The translations under genes and the position numbers were made by a program. Positions 53,104 through 64,000 of a DNA stretch of 64,000 bases are shown one piece after another. Position 1 is the stretch's first letter. The number at the start of each line of letters is the position of its first letter. Location of the stretch: assembly GCF_036321535.1 (NCBI RefSeq), contig NC_087437.1, forward strand, positions 44,332,001-44,396,000. The letters are read 5' to 3'. The DNA is from Camelus dromedarius. Taxonomy: Eukaryota. The notes below the pieces were generated by a model. It was not told the DNA's origin and did not search any database. It saw only the letters and a list, made by a program, of their open reading frames with translations.

Positions 53104-53690
53104 TGTGTTATTCCAAGTTCTCCTGAGAAGCAGAATTGATAGGAGATATAGATACATACATATATGTAGATATAGAAATAGATAGATACAGATAATATTC
53201 ACACATACATATACATATAAATGCACATGCATATACACGTATGTGCAAATTTACACACATAGCGACAGAGAGACAAGAGGGTGAAAGATATTTATTATAC
53301 GGAATTGGCTCATGTGGTACTGAAGCTGAGAAGTCCCACATACGCTGTCTGCAAGCTAGAGGCCCAGAAAACTGGAGGTACAGTTCCAGTCCAAGCTGGA
53401 AGACCTGAGAACCAGGGAGGCTGATGTTGTAAGTTTTAGTCCTACCAGAAAAAGGCCAGTGTCCCAACTCAACCTGTCAGAGTGAGTTCTTTGTATTTTA
53501 TTTAAGCCCTCAATGGATTGGATGATGCCTGCTTACACTGTTGAGGGCAGTCTTCTTTAGGCAGCCTACTAAGTCAAATACTAATTTCCTCCAGAAACAT
53601 CCTCACAGACACATCCCAGAATAATGGTTAGCTAAAAATTCTGGGCACCCTGTGACCTGGTCTAGTTGGCACATAACCGTAATACCCCTC
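53104..53690 (-). mobile_element. MLT2 (ERVL) LTR, MLT2B-like, with internal (TA/CA)-rich tract
   Basis: gaattggctcatgtg...gctgagaagtccca...ctgcaagct...tggattggatgatgcc...ccagaaacatcctcacagacacatcccagaataat. Confidence 0.9.
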
Positions 53691-54139
53691 TGCCCGTGTC
53701 CAATATAACTGAGTTAATCAAGCCAAGTTCAAGTCATTTTCTTAATACGATAATAAAGTTTCTTTACCTAACAAAGACACTGCCACTGTCACGTTTAGCC
53801 TCTTTCCCCCTCTCTACTGCTTTTTTATTAAAAAGGAGACTAAGAAAATACTGTCACTTTGATGGGTACTTACCTATCTTCTATCAACATTCGGAAAAGT
53901 TGAAAAATGCTTAGCATCTTAGTAAGTTAGAAAAGTCATTAAAAACCAGAAGGTCTCTAAAAATGAAAAGTCTTTACACCAAAATCATAAAAAATGAACA
54001 GACATATTATCCTTGGGACTGCATACCTCCAATTGCTATACTTCAATTGATAAATTTGCACCAGTTTCTGACATCAGGGAGTTCTATCACCGGAATGATA
54101 AAAGATCCCCTACATCTAGGTAAAATACAGCATGAAATA

Positions 54140-54360
54140 CAGAAGGCAGTATTGTGTAGTTGTAGAAGCTGGTGTTCAGAGCTAAACTTGGTTCAAATCT
54201 TGGATCAAGTGTTTATAGGCTATATATCCTTAATTCGCTAAGCCTCAGTTTTATCATTTGTAAAATGGAAAGAATACTACTTAGTAGTTAGATTTGTTAT
54301 GATTAAATGCTATGATATTTATGAATATGTTGACACAAGGTGTTGAGTAATAAATGGGAT
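54140..54360 (+). mobile_element. MIR SINE
   Basis: ttggttcaaatcttgg...taagcctcagttttatcatttgtaaaatgg. Confidence 0.8.
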
Positions 54361-55381
54361 CTTTTAATATTTTGACTCGGTGTGAATTTGGAAAACTAAC
54401 AGACAGTTCTGAATTAGTCTCTTTATTAGGAGAGGCTAGAAGACTCCAAGCTTGATCTGGTAATCTGTTATTTCAACCATATCTGTGTGGTATGTCACAA
54501 GATCAGCTTGCTGTCACCCAGCATTTATCTATCCAAAATAAGCTAGCTGAAAATAAGGAAGAACAGAGGAACAGAGAACCACGCCTTAACTAAGACTCTC
54601 AAATTGACTACAGTCTTCCCATGTTTAACTGGAAGGTTATCTGATATCTCAGTTTCTGACTTTTGGGGTGGATGTAATTCAATGAAATTCCAGGTGGTGA
54701 GTAACAGTTTCCTGAAAAACTCATAGGACTGCTGTTGATTGACATACAGAACACATTCTTCCTCAAGTTGTGAATGTGCTGCTCATTTAATCAAAATTAA
54801 ATTTTCCTGAAAAATAAAAATTGACAGTTTGGCCTAATACCCCACTCAAAACAGCCAAAAAGTTACAGAATTTGCTTATACTACCCCTTTATAAAAAAAT
54901 TAATTTATGGAAGAAAATGATAATAATCTTTTACATATGTATCTTAGTTTTGGAGTTTTCTGTAGATGTGGAACCAGAATTCAGGTGGAAATGTTTATTT
55001 CTTCAGTCATCAAACATTTGTTGTGTACCTGTTGTGTGTCTATTATAATTCAGCTTTTAGCTGAAATACCTTCTTTTATATGTGCTTTAGGCACATATCA
55101 GTAGGGTTACCGATTTTGTGGCCTCATCTCATGAAAAATCATTCCTGAGTCTCAAAATAAGGAGAGTTTTCACCTCAAGCAGAAGAAGGAAGAAGACAAA
55201 CTCCAATGACCACTCACTGTGGTTTATCATATTCCATTCCGCACACGTATTGTTATGTACTGTTCTGAACTGGTAGATCAGCAGGTGAGGAGCCCAGAGC
55301 TTGATGGCACAGTGTCTTTGTGTGACAAGAAAGGGTGTTGGACCTGTTTGAGAACTGGGGGACAGAATTTCCAGATTCCAG

Positions 55382-55931
55382 GTATAATGGTTAATTTTAT
55401 GGGTCAACTTGACTGGGCCACAGGGTGCCCAGACATTTGGCCAAACATTCTAGGTATGTCTGTGAGGGTATTTCTGAATGGCTTAACATTTGAATCAGTA
55501 GACCGAGTCAAGCAGATACTCCTCCCCGCTGTGGGTGGGCTGCATCCAGTGAGCTGTGTGCCTAAGTAGAAGAGAAAGGCTGAGGGAGAGGGGATTCCTC
55601 AAGCCTGACTATTTGAGCTCTGCCATTGGTCTTTTCTGACCTTTAGTCTGGGACTAAAACATTGATTCTTCCTGATTCCTCAGCCTGCTGGCTTTTGGAC
55701 TGGAATTTATAGCATCAGCTCTGATGGTTCTCAGGTCTTTGGATTCAGACTGGAAACACATACTGGGTCTCCAGCTTGCCAACTGCACACCTTGACTGCG
55801 CCTCTGTAATTATGTGAGCCCATTCTTTGTCATCTATTTTTATATATGCATATATGCATGTATATATATGTACACACCCCCACCCCCATACCCTGTTGCT
55901 TCTGTTTTTCTGAAGAAGTCTAACTACTGTA
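55382..55931 (+). mobile_element. MLT2 (ERVL) LTR
   Basis: tggttaattttatgggtcaacttgactgggccacagggtgcccagacatttggccaaacattct...ctccagcttgccaactgca...gtgagcccattc...tgcttctgtttttctgaagaa. Confidence 0.92.
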
Positions 55932-56099
55932 TCAGGTTTACTCCAAAATCTTGGGAGAGTTGTATTTTCAAAACACATCAGAAAACAAATAATTGACATA
56001 GAAATAGAGATGATATATTTGGCTCTAGGGAAGCAAATAATTAGAATTGAGAGAGAGAATAAGTCAGCAGTGAGCAGGATGAAAGGCTGGTTCCCTGTT

Positions 56100-56390
56100 T
56101 AACACTGTGTTTTGAATCAGAAGGTCCTGGTTAAGCTCCCTGATATTGTCTCCTAGTAACTTTGATTTCAGAGAAGTTTGTTTCTTTAGGCTTGTTTTCT
56201 CATCTATAAAATGAATATTTGGGGCTATATCACTGATTCTTAACCCATTAACATCACCTGGGGAACTGTTTAAAAATACTGACGTCTGAGCCCGTCATCA
56301 GAGGTTCTGATTTAATTGGGTTGGTGTGGGGACTAAGCATGAGCTTTTAACTTGTGCTCCAAGCTGAGCTTCAGAACTGCTGGACTGAAT
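56100..56390. mobile_element. MIR fragment followed by MER5-like element
   Basis: tttgaatcagaaggtcctgg...ttttctcatctataaaatg; atcacctggggaactgtttaaaaatactga...agaggttctgatttaattgggttgg. Confidence 0.7.
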
Positions 56391-56564
56391 CCTAAGGACA
56401 GAGGTAGTATTGAAATGACCTTAGGACTGGTTTGTGGTAACGTTTTAAAATTCTAAAATGTTTGTTTTCTTTGGAAACTGTTAAAAACAAGTCATGCTTC
56501 AAGTTTTTCTCTGGCAAGGTAAAAACCTGTATTTTTTTTTTATCTAAAAAAAAGAAAAGCGTGC

Positions 56565-56850
56565 TTTTTAAAATTGAAATATAGTCAGTTTATAATTGTT
56601 AATTTCAGATATATGGCACAGTGATTCAGTTATACATATATATATACACATACATGAATATATATAAACACACCCCCCATACATGTGTTCCTTTTAATAT
56701 TCTTTTTCATTATAGGCTATTACAAGGTATTGAATGTAGTTCCCTATGCTATACAGTAGGACCTTGTTGTTTATCTATTTTATATATAGTAATTAGTATC
56801 TGCAAATCCCAAACTCCAAATTATCCCTCATCTCTCTCCACGTTTCGTTA
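56565..56850 (-). mobile_element. L1 3' UTR fragment (cetartiodactyl type)
   Basis: aaattgaaatatagtcagtttataa...gtgattcagttatacat...tagttccctatgctatacagtaggaccttgttg; paralogous to 59739-59950. Confidence 0.85.
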
Positions 56851-59738
56851 GTTAATAAACAATGATTTTACCATTTCATTATTTATATTTGTCTAGTACT
56901 CAAATTCTTGGCATATGTGAAATTTAATGTTTACGTCTTATTTACTTTCGCAATTCTCAGCTCACAAATTGCTTGTCCTCTTTATGTTGCTGACTATTCT
57001 GACTTCTTTCATGGTAACTAAAAGAAAAGAATATAAAATTTATGTTATTATTTTTCACCAAAAATATATACACACACATATATGGCAAGTCATGTTTCCA
57101 ACAGTAGCAGTATGTATGGAATAACACAATATTCCCTATATTTTCAGTATTGTATTCATCCATCAATATAAAGAGAAAATTTTGATCACTGTTTGAAATT
57201 CATAAGAACAATTGAAATGTACCTAAATGTTTTTTTTTTTTTTTAAAGCAAATCACAAAGAACTTTTCTGGAACTCTAGTGTTTAAAATAGAGGTAGAAG
57301 TAGGTTTGACAGTGAAGATTGTTCCACCAAGAAAAGGGAACACAAGGAGTTTCTCATCAGGAAAAATAAAGTTCTTGAAATTGTCAGAAAAATGTGAATA
57401 AAGCTAAGTTTAAAAAAGTCATTGCAATTTTTAAGTGAATAATCATTTTATAATTATACTACCCTGGAAAACAATCATATGCTTATTCAAAACAGATTTT
57501 AAAAAGAACACTTATATTTCACTGTTAGCAGTATTCTATTTTTGACATATATGTTAATCATAATGAATGTGATAGATTTATCTGTGAATTTAAAAAAATT
57601 TTTTTGTTTTGAGATCAAATTGAGAAAAAGTGTATTTAAGTAATGAATTTGGATGTGAACAAAAGCATAAAAATTCAAACCAAATGTGTCAGCTTAATAA
57701 GGATGGATAACCTAAAGTGTTTAGGTTAATTTATTCTCAATTTTATTTGCAAATATGCAATTAGCTGCAAGTGCAATGAAAAATCAGTCATCTATATCTT
57801 TAAGATTCTCACAAACATGTGAAAAGATATTTTAATTAAAAAAGAAGTCTTATAATGCCCTGACATTTGTTTTTTTCCTATCAGGGAGCACATTTTATTT
57901 ATCCAATGTTTTGTGCCCCCTCTTCCCACTCCAGTATATTGAAAATTGACACTGCACTACATTGTCACTACGTTGTGGTATATCTATATAGATGCTCAAA
58001 AGAATATAAACTGCAGATTGAAATCACGTCTCAATGTTTAATGGGCAGTGGGGGAGGATGCATTTTGCCACGTTTATGAAGAAATACCAGAGGTTTCTAT
58101 TTTCTTCAGCTTTGACCAATTGCATCTCTTTCTTATACATAGTTAATTCAAGTTATTTGTGCCTCTTGAGTATATAATATGAGCCCCAAAGTTGCACTAC
58201 ATCCTTATGCTGTTTGCAAATTATTTAAGTGATTCTTGCCAGGAACCAGCACTCAAGGGGAAAGTTAATATTCCAGGATATTCAAATAGCTTGACTTGAT
58301 TGGATTTTCAAAGAAAACTTTGTCAAATTAAAGGTATAAGAGAAACGTGTCTCAAAATTTTTCGTTTATATTAATTTGTATGTTTGATTCTTTGTTATTT
58401 TCTCTCTTTAGGCAAACTGAGATAACTATATCATATTTAAATATTTTAAATAAAAAAATCTGTTTCATCTTTTAGAACATTTTCTGACTACATACATGAA
58501 TAAAATCTTACTCTTTGAGCTTGCGATGATGTTTACGTATGAATATAGCCTAGAGGAAATTATATAGCCTGGAACTGACCACTTATTTATTTTCTACAGG
58601 CTTGCAAAAGGATATTTATTACAAATAATTTCTGTAATTTGATCATCATCATGCATATTGTTTCTAAAAAGTATCTTGTGAATTAATCTGTACTTAGTTC
58701 ATAGAGGCAGTCAAATCTTTGTGTTATGCTTCAGGGATATACACAATGACACTGATGCAACTAGAGGACATAGTAAGTAGGTTGGAATGACTGAAAAAAA
58801 AAAAAAGAATGGCTAGTTTTCTACCTTCAAAAGTTTATCCATGACACAGAGGAAAACTTCAGAATGACTATGTGCTCTTTCTGCCTGCAGTTTATATAAA
58901 CTTTCTGAAAAACATCCACACTTTTTTTTTCAAGTGATGAATGACAAATTATCCTGAGACATTCAGCCAAAAAGTTATAAAGTAGTTGTTTGCAAATGAA
59001 GCAGCTGATTTTTTTTCTCCCCCAGAAGAGTTTTCTTTTTGTGTGGTATTCCTGTTTTAATGGGAAGGGGTTAGCTACATTGAGACTTTTAAGTAGTTTA
59101 CATGGATAGGCAAAATGTGAAAGTTTAGCATCAACTGAAATTGGTATAAACAACTAAAAACAAATGTGAGGATGGAGGGGAACCGGGATCCAGGCCAAGA
59201 GTGCACACCATAATGTTCTCCCCTTTCTGCGAGAGTTGGGGAGATGCGTGACTTTGCTTTTCTGCCTATTACCATAGCACCCGTCCCTACTTGGCTAGTA
59301 TAGAGAGACCCATGGGTCCTTAGCATGGATATTTTTTTACTTCCTATTATACTGTAAATTGATTTGTTTTTCAATCCATCTATTTGGACTCATGTGGTAG
59401 AGTTACACAGTTCTTTTTCTGCGCTTTCTTGAAACTTTTGGTTTGTACAAGCCGTGGGTAGATAACAGCGGGCAGCTGCTCACACACTGGGGAAGGAAAT
59501 TCAGTGATTCATGAACGTACACAGGAAAGAGTGAAGACTGTGTTTGTTCTCAGGGACAGTGCACAAGATTCCACCCTCAGTGTTGCAGAACTTTGAATGT
59601 GACCCTGGTTCTTATCTTGGCATTTTGCCAGAAATTTCTAATTTTGTTGGAATCCAGAAGGAAAACACTATACAGGTTCACATGCTTTATATGGGAAGTT
59701 AAAGTGACTGAGTGTCTTACCATGTGTGGTGGCATTTT

Positions 59739-60167
59739 CTTTTTTTTTAAATTGGAGTAGAGTTGATTTACAATGTTGTGTTTCTGGTGTACAGCAGAGT
59801 GGTTCAATTATATGTATTCTTTTTCATATTCTTTTCCATTATGGTTTATTTCAGGATACTGAATATAGTTAACTGTGCTATACAGTAAGACTTTGTTATT
59901 TATCTATTTTATCCGTTAACCCCAAACTCTTAATTTATCCCTCACCCCCATTCCCCTTTAGTAACCATAAGTTTGTTTTCTATGTCTGGGAGTCTGTTTG
60001 GTAAACAAGTTCATTTGTATCATATTTTAGTTGCCACATATGAGTGATATTATATGGTATTTGTCTTTCTCTGACTTAATTCACTTAGTATGATAATCTC
60101 CAGATCCATCCGCATTGCTGCAAATGGCATTATTTCATTCTTTTTTTATGGCTGAGTAGTATTTTGT

Positions 60168-60214
<47 letters not shown>

Positions 60215-60633
60215 GTGTGTGTGTGTATGTATATATATATATGCCACATCATTTGCCGATGGACATTTAGGTTGCTTCCATGTCTCAGCTATTATAAATA
60301 GTGCTGCTATGAATATTGGGATGCATGTGTCATTTTGAATTATAGTTTTCTCTAGATATATGCCCAGGAGTGAGATTGCTAGATCATACGATAACTCTAT
60401 TTTTAATTTTTTAATGAACCTCTGTAGTGTTTTCCACAATGGCTACACTAATTTACATTCCCACCAACAGTGTAGGTTCCCTTTTCTCCACACCCTCTCC
60501 AGCATTTATCATTTGGAACTTTTGAATGATGGCCATTCCGACTGGTGTGAGGTGATACCTCATTGTGGTTTTGATTTGTGTTTCTCTAATAATTAGTGAT
60601 GTTGAGTATCTTTTCATGTGCCGTTGGCCATAT
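59739..60633 (-). mobile_element. 5'-truncated L1 (ORF2 C-terminus plus 3' UTR) with TSD
   Basis: Minus-strand ORF MWKTLQRFIKKLKIELSYDLAISLLGIY...FIAALFIIAETWKQPKCPS matches the L1 ORF2 C-terminal domain; poly(T) at the left end; TSD GTGGCATTTT at 59729-59738 and 60634-60643. Confidence 0.93.
60173..60243. repeat. Compound (TG)n/(TA)n microsatellite inside the L1
   Basis: Direct reading. Confidence 0.95.
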
Positions 60634-62299
60634 GTGGCATTTTAAAAATTGAATTAACTTAAGAACCAATATTAAGTCCAGTTCCAAAACACTATTTTTT
60701 TAAATAGTCTTTTATTGTTTTTTAATTAACAAAATGAATTCATGTGCGTTAATACAGCCATGCAAAGAACCAATAGTCTAATTTCTCATTCCCTCCTAAA
60801 GATATATATGTCATTACATATATACCATTATATATAATATAATAAAGATCTGTAAACTTTTTAGTCAACCATATACAGTAGACAGTTTTTCATCAGAAAT
60901 GGCTCTTGTTTCAGCTACATTATGTTCCTCTTCTCTCAAATAATGATAATAAAAAGCAAAAGACAAGAAGCTGGGAAACCACAGTGCAATAACAATGCAA
61001 TTTCTTCTAAAGATGAAAAGTATTGATTTTCCAATTTATAGCATTTCAAAAGTTTTCTAAGGGATAAAGTCCATAAGGGATAAACAGGTATATATTTAAA
61101 ACCGGCTTGTGTAAAATAAAGGATTCAATAGTATCTGTTACTCTGGATGGAGAGAGATTAACTGGCTGGGGCTGTAAACATGATGTAGAAGTGAGTATAT
61201 TGTAACATATTAAAATGTGTTGGTGGAGTAAAAATAATCACACCCATCTATTTTTCTATGATAGCCGTAAGAACTAACAGAGCTTAAGGACACCCCTCAG
61301 GAACAAACCCCAGTAAGCATTGTGTAATATATACCCCAAGTGTGTGTACCCATTCCTGTGTAACTAACTCCCTGAACTCCAGTCAAGTGTAACAGAAAAC
61401 AAAGCGTTAGAAGTATGTGATTTGTAGAAAAAGCTAAATGAATGTGCTGTATCTTGAAATATACTATACTCCAATTAGAATTATTTTCTTCCACACACCC
61501 TTGCCATGTATGCATTCAGCAGATATTTATTGCATATCACTCTGGGCCAAACAGTTTTTTAGAAATGGTAGAAATGACAGTCTCTGTCCTGATGGAGCTT
61601 ACATTTGACTTCCAGTCTTTTATTACTCGGTTCACATATTACTTCCCCTGTGAGGCATTTCCCAACACCCAAGCTGAAATAGATAATCTTTCCATGTGCT
61701 TCCATTGTTCAACAAAGAATGATCAATTGTCATCCTTATAATGTGAAATGTTATAAATCAGTCTAGACCATTAGCTCCTTGACAGCAGGTTGGTTGGATT
61801 AATCTTTGAATCGCCAGTGTCTGAGAGAGTACATGGGCCAAAATGAATTCTTGATAAATGTTTATGCAGATGAATGAATTATACATGACTCAACAAAATA
61901 TCTTTAGCAGAACAAACTAAAAAATTAATTCATATTATAAAGTTTAAGTTTTAAAGTAGTTATTACTAAACATTTATGAAATTGTGAAGGTGTTCTTATA
62001 TTTATGTACCAAATCCTGGAATTTGGAAAAAATAAAATGGTGTTCGGACGATAACACAGCAATATATGTAAAATGTGTAAGAGGTGGTTTAGATTCCCTT
62101 CTCTAAAAAGTGTTCCTTGAAATGAATGAACTTGGGATGTGATGCTAAGGGTGTGCCTATAACCTTGTTTACATTTTACAGTGTCCATCATGTAAGGTCC
62201 TACATCCACTGCTGTGGGATGCACACTCCTTGCTGGCTTACCTCGCCTGCCTCCCTCTCTCTTTGCTGGACACTCACAGAGGAACCTCAGAACGTGCTT

Positions 62300-63895
62300 A
62301 GTGCCTTCCTCGCCTGGTTATGTACTTCACTAAGATTAAGCCAACTTCTCCCTCTTGTCATTGCTGTTCACTGATATCTTTCTCTTCACTCTCCTTCATT
62401 TCAACATCATGTGGAACATCAGCACTAGCCTTAGTCTTTCTCCTATTACTGTTTTCTGGCTCTTTTAGTATCACCATCTTCAACATTCAATGGACTTTGC
62501 TTTTCCTTTTTTCACTCTTCTAATGTTCGATTTCTTTTAAGTTACCTATTTTAGGTACATACTCAACCTGTCACATACTGGTATTTTTAACTACCATTGT
62601 CTTCAGAGTCATGATTTAGAACATCGTACTCCTTGAACACAACTTAGTGCTACTTGCCTCCCTTTCCGCATTCACATAAACCAGTTCTACAAACACAAAA
62701 ACACACACCAACAAAACGAAAGTACTTCTACTCTTCCTTGTACGTCTGGTCCACACCCCCTTTTCCTGCTTCCCAGAGTTTGCAGTGATTTGCCTTCCCA
62801 CTCTGCCTCCATTTCTTCCCATGACTTCTTCCCCCTCTGGAGTATGTCTTCTACCTCTAAGCCAGTGGTACAGCAATCGTAAATACCACTAAGAAAGAGG
62901 CTTCCTATTGGAAAATCTGGTGTGTGTCTTTCTGTCCTTATCCTGTTCAGTCTCTCAGTTGTATTTAAAACTCTTGGCAACTCCTTATTAAGAAACTATT
63001 CTTGTTGACTTCTGGGACACCATATATTCTTAGTTTTTCCGCTACTGTTGGCCTTCTCTTCTCTTTAGAGTCTCTCACCCATGTCCATGAAGTTAGCTGG
63101 ATTTCTCTGCTCATGGCTCTGATATTTTATATGCCTTCTCTTGTTCTTTTCCAAACTCAAGTTTTTTTGTTATAAATATAACTACCTTTTGGCCTCTCTA
63201 ACTCTCTCATAGCATCTCAAACTTTACATGTATGAAATAGAACTTTTTAATTTCCAATGCCACAACACTTAACCAATCTTATCTGTCATAATGAATAACA
63301 TCACCTTCCACCGAGCTGCTCCACTTCCAACTCAATCCAATCAATTAATCTTTTCATTAAGTCTCCTAAATATGTCTTGAATCTGCTGTCTTATATTGGT
63401 ACCTTTTTCCACTTCTTGATCAGGAACACCTAAGGTCTGTTAGTGTTAAAGTTTCCCATCAGATCTTCCTGCCTGTATTCTTGTACCCTTCTTATTCAGG
63501 GGGCAGCAAACCTTTCTTATAAAAGAACAGGTCATAAATACTTAGGCTGTATCAGCTAAACTGTCTGTTGCAACTACTCAACTCTGCCATTGTTGCATGA
63601 GAGCGGACCTAGATAATATATAGAAGAATGGTTGTGTTCTAATAATACTATTTATAAAACAGATATTGAGCCTCTGCCATGCTGCAGCCAGAGTGAATAT
63701 TTTAAATGTAAATATTATCACATCATTCCCCTGCTGAACACCTGCCTTCAGTGACTTCTTAATGCATTTAAAATAAAATCCAAATTTCTGACATAGCTTT
63801 CAAAGCACTGCATGGCTTGGCCCTTTCTTACCTTTCCTATTTTATCTGAGGCCTCATCCTTCAAAATCACCATTTTCTTTTAAGTTTCTTAAGCA
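62300..63895 (+). mobile_element. L2 LINE, long degraded sense-strand segment
   Basis: Pyrimidine-rich L2 motifs: gcatctcaaactttacatgt, catcaccttccacc, tgcagccagagtgaatattttaaatgtaa, cagtgacttcttaatgcatttaaaataaaatccaaa. Confidence 0.75.
63497..63676 (+). mobile_element. MER58A-like hAT element nested in L2
   Basis: cagggggcagcaaacctttcttataaa...ctgttgcaactactcaactctgccattgttgcatga...tgtgttctaataatactatttataaaacag. Confidence 0.85.
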
Positions 63896-63906
63896 TGGGC
63901 AGTGTT

Positions 63907-64000
63907 AAGGACCAGCTATATAATTTGCAAGGCCCAGTAAGGAATTATGATGCAGGACACTCATTCAGATACTAAGAATTTGAAAATGCAACAGAGCATC
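63907..64000 (-). mobile_element. MER45A-like hAT element (runs off the window end)
   Basis: aggaccagctatataatttgcaaggcccagt...taagaatttgaaaatgcaacagagcat. Confidence 0.75.

Noticed and set aside
60146..60596. ORFs of 97 aa (-) and 78 aa (+)
   Set aside because: Fragment of L1 ORF2 disrupted by a microsatellite, and its antisense frame; not host genes.
61505..61880. Oppositely oriented L2 3' ends as a miR-28/miR-151-type hairpin
   Set aside because: The tails point outward and are about 350 bp apart and highly diverged; no compact stem is visible.
1..64000. Prokaryote-style systems (CRISPR, operons, defence islands) or a novel multi-gene system
   Set aside because: The sequence is mammalian intron with typical repeats; there are no long ORFs, repeat-spacer arrays or compositional islands.

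Overview
Mammalian (eutherian) genomic DNA, AT-rich and CpG-depleted. It is most likely from a camelid (alpaca, llama or camel), judged from two short tRNA-derived SINEs of the Vic-1 type. The window lies inside the very large NAALADL2 gene on the + strand. It holds one coding exon (4989-5490, 502 nt) encoding the cytoplasmic N-tail, the type II transmembrane helix and the start of the ectodomain. The remainder is about 5 kb of upstream intron and about 58.5 kb of downstream intron with no further recognisable NAALADL2 exon. The introns are filled with ordinary interspersed repeats: MIR, L2, L1, MaLR/ERVL/ERV1 LTRs, hAT and Tigger MERs, and microsatellites. The other ORFs in the track are chance or repeat-derived. 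I found no evidence of a new multi-gene system. The best leads are: (1) a recursive-splicing-type AG|GTAAGA junction at the exon's acceptor; (2) a kinesin-light-chain W-acidic motif (LEWD) and other sorting motifs in the NAALADL2 tail; (3) a MER41-like LTR carrying a GAS site and an octamer site. Repeat family names and human comparisons are from memory of consensus sequences, not from a search, and repeat boundaries are approximate unless target-site duplications (TSDs) are given.
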